The notes beneath the pieces were generated by a model, which worked only from the letters and a program-made list of their open reading frames with translations, made no database searches and was not told the origin of the DNA. 64,000 bases of DNA from Savitreella phatthalungensis (lineage: Eukaryota), in contig AP039694.1 of NCBI GenBank assembly GCA_051599415.1, positions 186,001-250,000 of the forward strand. The letters are read 5' to 3'. The position numbers were made by a program, and so were the translations under genes. How positions within the stretch are numbered: position 1 is the stretch's first letter; every line of letters starts with the position of its first letter. Shown here one piece after another: positions 61,932 through 64,000 of this stretch.

Positions 61932-63077
61932 TCAGCCATACGTCTTGAGCTTAAGGGCGATATCATCATGCGCAGCCTGACTGTACGGAAAGTTCATGCC
62001 ATCTCCTGGCGAGCACTTGAATGGCAGTACCCAATTCAGGATGTCATAGAGTGCAAGTGGTCCAGATCTGACCGTGCCAAAAGTCTGTTGCAGGTTTCCC
62101 CAAAGTCCGAGATCGAAAGGGTTCATTCCGTGCTTCAGAAGAATACGCTGCCGGTCCTCGTTTGGTGATCGATTCACAATCACCTCCGCTGGCATAGCAT
62201 TGATGTATTCCACCGTAGACTTGTTGATGCAAACCAGGTGGATGTGGAATAGGGAGAATGGTACCATCATAATCCCGTAGAAGATGGCCAGGCCAATAGC
62301 AACATACCAGACTGCAGGAGCGCTGGGTATGTGCCGGTCGAGACCTTGATGAATCGCTCTGAGCCGTTGTACAGTCGCGATGACGAGCGTGACGAAGCAG
62401 AAGATACAGTAGATCGCCACGTACGTGATGAAAAGCACGAAGAACTTGTAGCGTGTATGTCCCAGCGGGCCACCAACCCACGGACAATAGTGGTCGAACT
62501 TCGGCACACATCGGTTGATCTCAGCACAGTGGTGCATGCGATCGCTTTTGAATATGTCGCACACGCTGCAGTACCGTGGCGAGTCAGTCCCATTCCGATC
62601 AGCGAGATATATGGGTGCATCGACCACGCTCGGCGCAGCCAGATATTGTCTGACCTGTGAATCACTCGGCGGACGGTCATATGTCTTTGGTGGTTCTTGA
62701 GGATACTGTGGTTCGTCAGAAGCGTGTGTCGATGTCGAGTTCGTCGAGCCCTGAACTCTTTGACGATCAGCTCTATTTGGCGCATAGTGCACGGGTGTCA
62801 GGAGCACCCTAAAGAAGTTTCCTCCCATCAGTCCAAGCAGCACGATCTGGAAGACGATCAGGCAAACACCTGTCGCAGTATGACCGTTCCGGAGAAACCA
62901 TGAAATACTCATATAGAACCATGCGTAGCATGAGAACGCGGCACAAAGTATCAGAAACGGCGGTATGAACTTGGCGCTGATGCGATTTGCCTTGTGATGG
63001 TCTCGCGGACCCCTACTGCATCTCGTTGCGCGCGCGCCTGGCACGTCTTCAGACACTTGCGAACTTGGTCGACTCAT
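61932..63077 (-). CDS. PFA5: DHHC-type palmitoyltransferase (DHYC variant, Pfa5-like)
   Basis: RYCSVCDIFKSDRMHHC...RCVPKFDHYCPWVGG, STVE, NPFDLG..GN, four TMs. ATG at 63077. Confidence 0.85.
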   Translation of the reverse strand: MSRPSSQVSEDVPGARATRCSRGPRDHHKANRISAKFIPPFLILCAAFSCYAWFYMSISWFLRNGHTATGVCLIVFQIVLLGLMGGNFFRVLLTPVHYAPNRADRQRVQGSTNSTSTHASDEPQYPQEPPKTYDRPPSDSQVRQYLAAPSVVDAPIYLADRNGTDSPRYCSVCDIFKSDRMHHCAEINRCVPKFDHYCPWVGGPLGHTRYKFFVLFITYVAIYCIFCFVTLVIATVQRLRAIHQGLDRHIPSAPAVWYVAIGLAIFYGIMMVPFSLFHIHLVCINKSTVEYINAMPAEVIVNRSPNEDRQRILLKHGMNPFDLGLWGNLQQTFGTVRSGPLALYDILNWVLPFKCSPGDGMNFPYSQAAHDDIALKLKTYG

Positions 63078-63339
63078 GACTTTCAAACTCTGCCGACTCT
63101 TCAACTCATCTTGTATCGCCTCTCTGGGTCGTCTGACGTCCTATGCTTGTCGAATTCGTATCTTGGCAGGGTCGCACCTCTTGTGCTTGTTTAACGTCAT
63201 GCGTGCTCTGTTGATCTGAATTTTGTAATCGTGGAAACTGCCGAGGAATGTGTTACAGAACGGGTTTGACAAAAGACACAGCTTGACAACTTGCAAATGT
63301 AATTTGCATATTACAGGATTTACATAGTATTCTGTGATC

Positions 63340-63999
63340 TTAGACATCCAGTGCTTCAGCCAACGCGCGGAATGAGAAGAGGGATCCGTGCATGTCTCGT
63401 AGCTGTTCGCGCGCCAGCTGTATTGTCGCTGACCGATTGCCGTTCGACAAGATCAGGAGGCGTCGATCGTGGTGAGATTGAATGAGTACACCCTTGTCGT
63501 TACACCAAACATCCAGCAGCTGCCGAGCCGTTCCCTCCTCATGACGAAGGGCGCTATTGATTGCCGGTGACTCAACACGTGCACGGACCTGCGCAAGTCC
63601 TACCATACCCAGACGTGACTTGTTTGGAGCAACAGCAATCCAGCGCTCAAGCCAATCGGCCACAAGGGCGCCCTTCTGAGTGCGCAATAAGCGAACGAGT
63701 TCGGCGTGCCACCGAGGAAGGAACAGCTCGTCAATGGCTGCGCTGACATCGACGAAATTTTGCCACGGCTGTAAGGCCCTCATCTCGTCGAACGCTCCGA
63801 GTGGATCTAGATTAGAAACATATCGAGCAATAGCGCGCTCGAAAGCTTGCTCGAAGCCCGAATCCTCAAGCACTTCTGCGAGCCAATCAGGTCCGTGAGC
63901 AATATTCCAAGTTTCCATCGCTGCCTCAATACGCTTCGTGAGCAGGTGATGCAATGAATGATTTCTGCCGAGCATCTTGTCCCACTCGAGCAGCCAGCG
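63340..63999 (-). CDS. Partial (3' end) TFIP11/Ntr1/Spp382-like spliceosome disassembly factor, GCFC-like region
   Basis: Frame open to the window edge. Trp-rich helical pattern WLLEWDKML, LQPWQNF, ELFLPRWHAELVRLL, VADWLERW. Confidence 0.55.
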   Translation of the reverse strand, partial: RWLLEWDKMLGRNHSLHHLLTKRIEAAMETWNIAHGPDWLAEVLEDSGFEQAFERAIARYVSNLDPLGAFDEMRALQPWQNFVDVSAAIDELFLPRWHAELVRLLRTQKGALVADWLERWIAVAPNKSRLGMVGLAQVRARVESPAINSALRHEEGTARQLLDVWCNDKGVLIQSHHDRRLLILSNGNRSATIQLAREQLRDMHGSLFSFRALAEALDV

Positions 64000-64000
64000 T

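Noticed and set aside
62480..62500. DHYC instead of DHHC in the palmitoyltransferase
   Set aside because: A known natural variant in yeast Akr1, Akr2 and Pfa5, so not novel.
120..63898. Numerous 60-240 aa ORFs overlapping the called genes
   Set aside because: These are alternate-frame or antisense shadows expected in GC-balanced coding DNA. Many start at GTG/TTG and none shows a recognisable motif.

Overview
Gene-dense, intron-poor eukaryotic (fungal) chromosome segment with about 38 protein-coding genes, mostly housekeeping: Rpp40, ketopantoate reductase, an Edc1/PNRC-like decapping activator, PNGase A, SF3B4, CSE1, TSC2, proteasome alpha6, an Rpn4-like zinc finger, LYS9, NAF1, SGD1, SMI1/KNR4, pantothenate kinase, thiolase, aquaporin, MSS1, PFA5 and others. 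It also holds one intron-containing tRNA-Asp(GTC) and one complete 1,920-bp pogo/Fot1 DNA transposon. An ascomycete origin is inferred from the short GT-AG introns with ACTGAC branch sites and the stand-alone LYS9. The compact layout and TATA-flanked tRNA gene suggest Taphrinomycotina, which is inference only. All product names come from motif recognition by eye, not database searches. The most interesting items are: (1) a solitary intact ORF resembling the N-terminal capsid half of a Ty1/Copia Gag with no LTRs or pol, a candidate domesticated gene; (2) a pogo element whose open transposase has Asn at the second catalytic Asp; (3) an Rpn4-like regulator directly downstream of a proteasome gene and preceded by about 1.15 kb with no ATG; (4) a strong-context uORF whose stop overlaps the pantothenate kinase start; (5) a 54-aa KGG stress microprotein missed by the ORF track.
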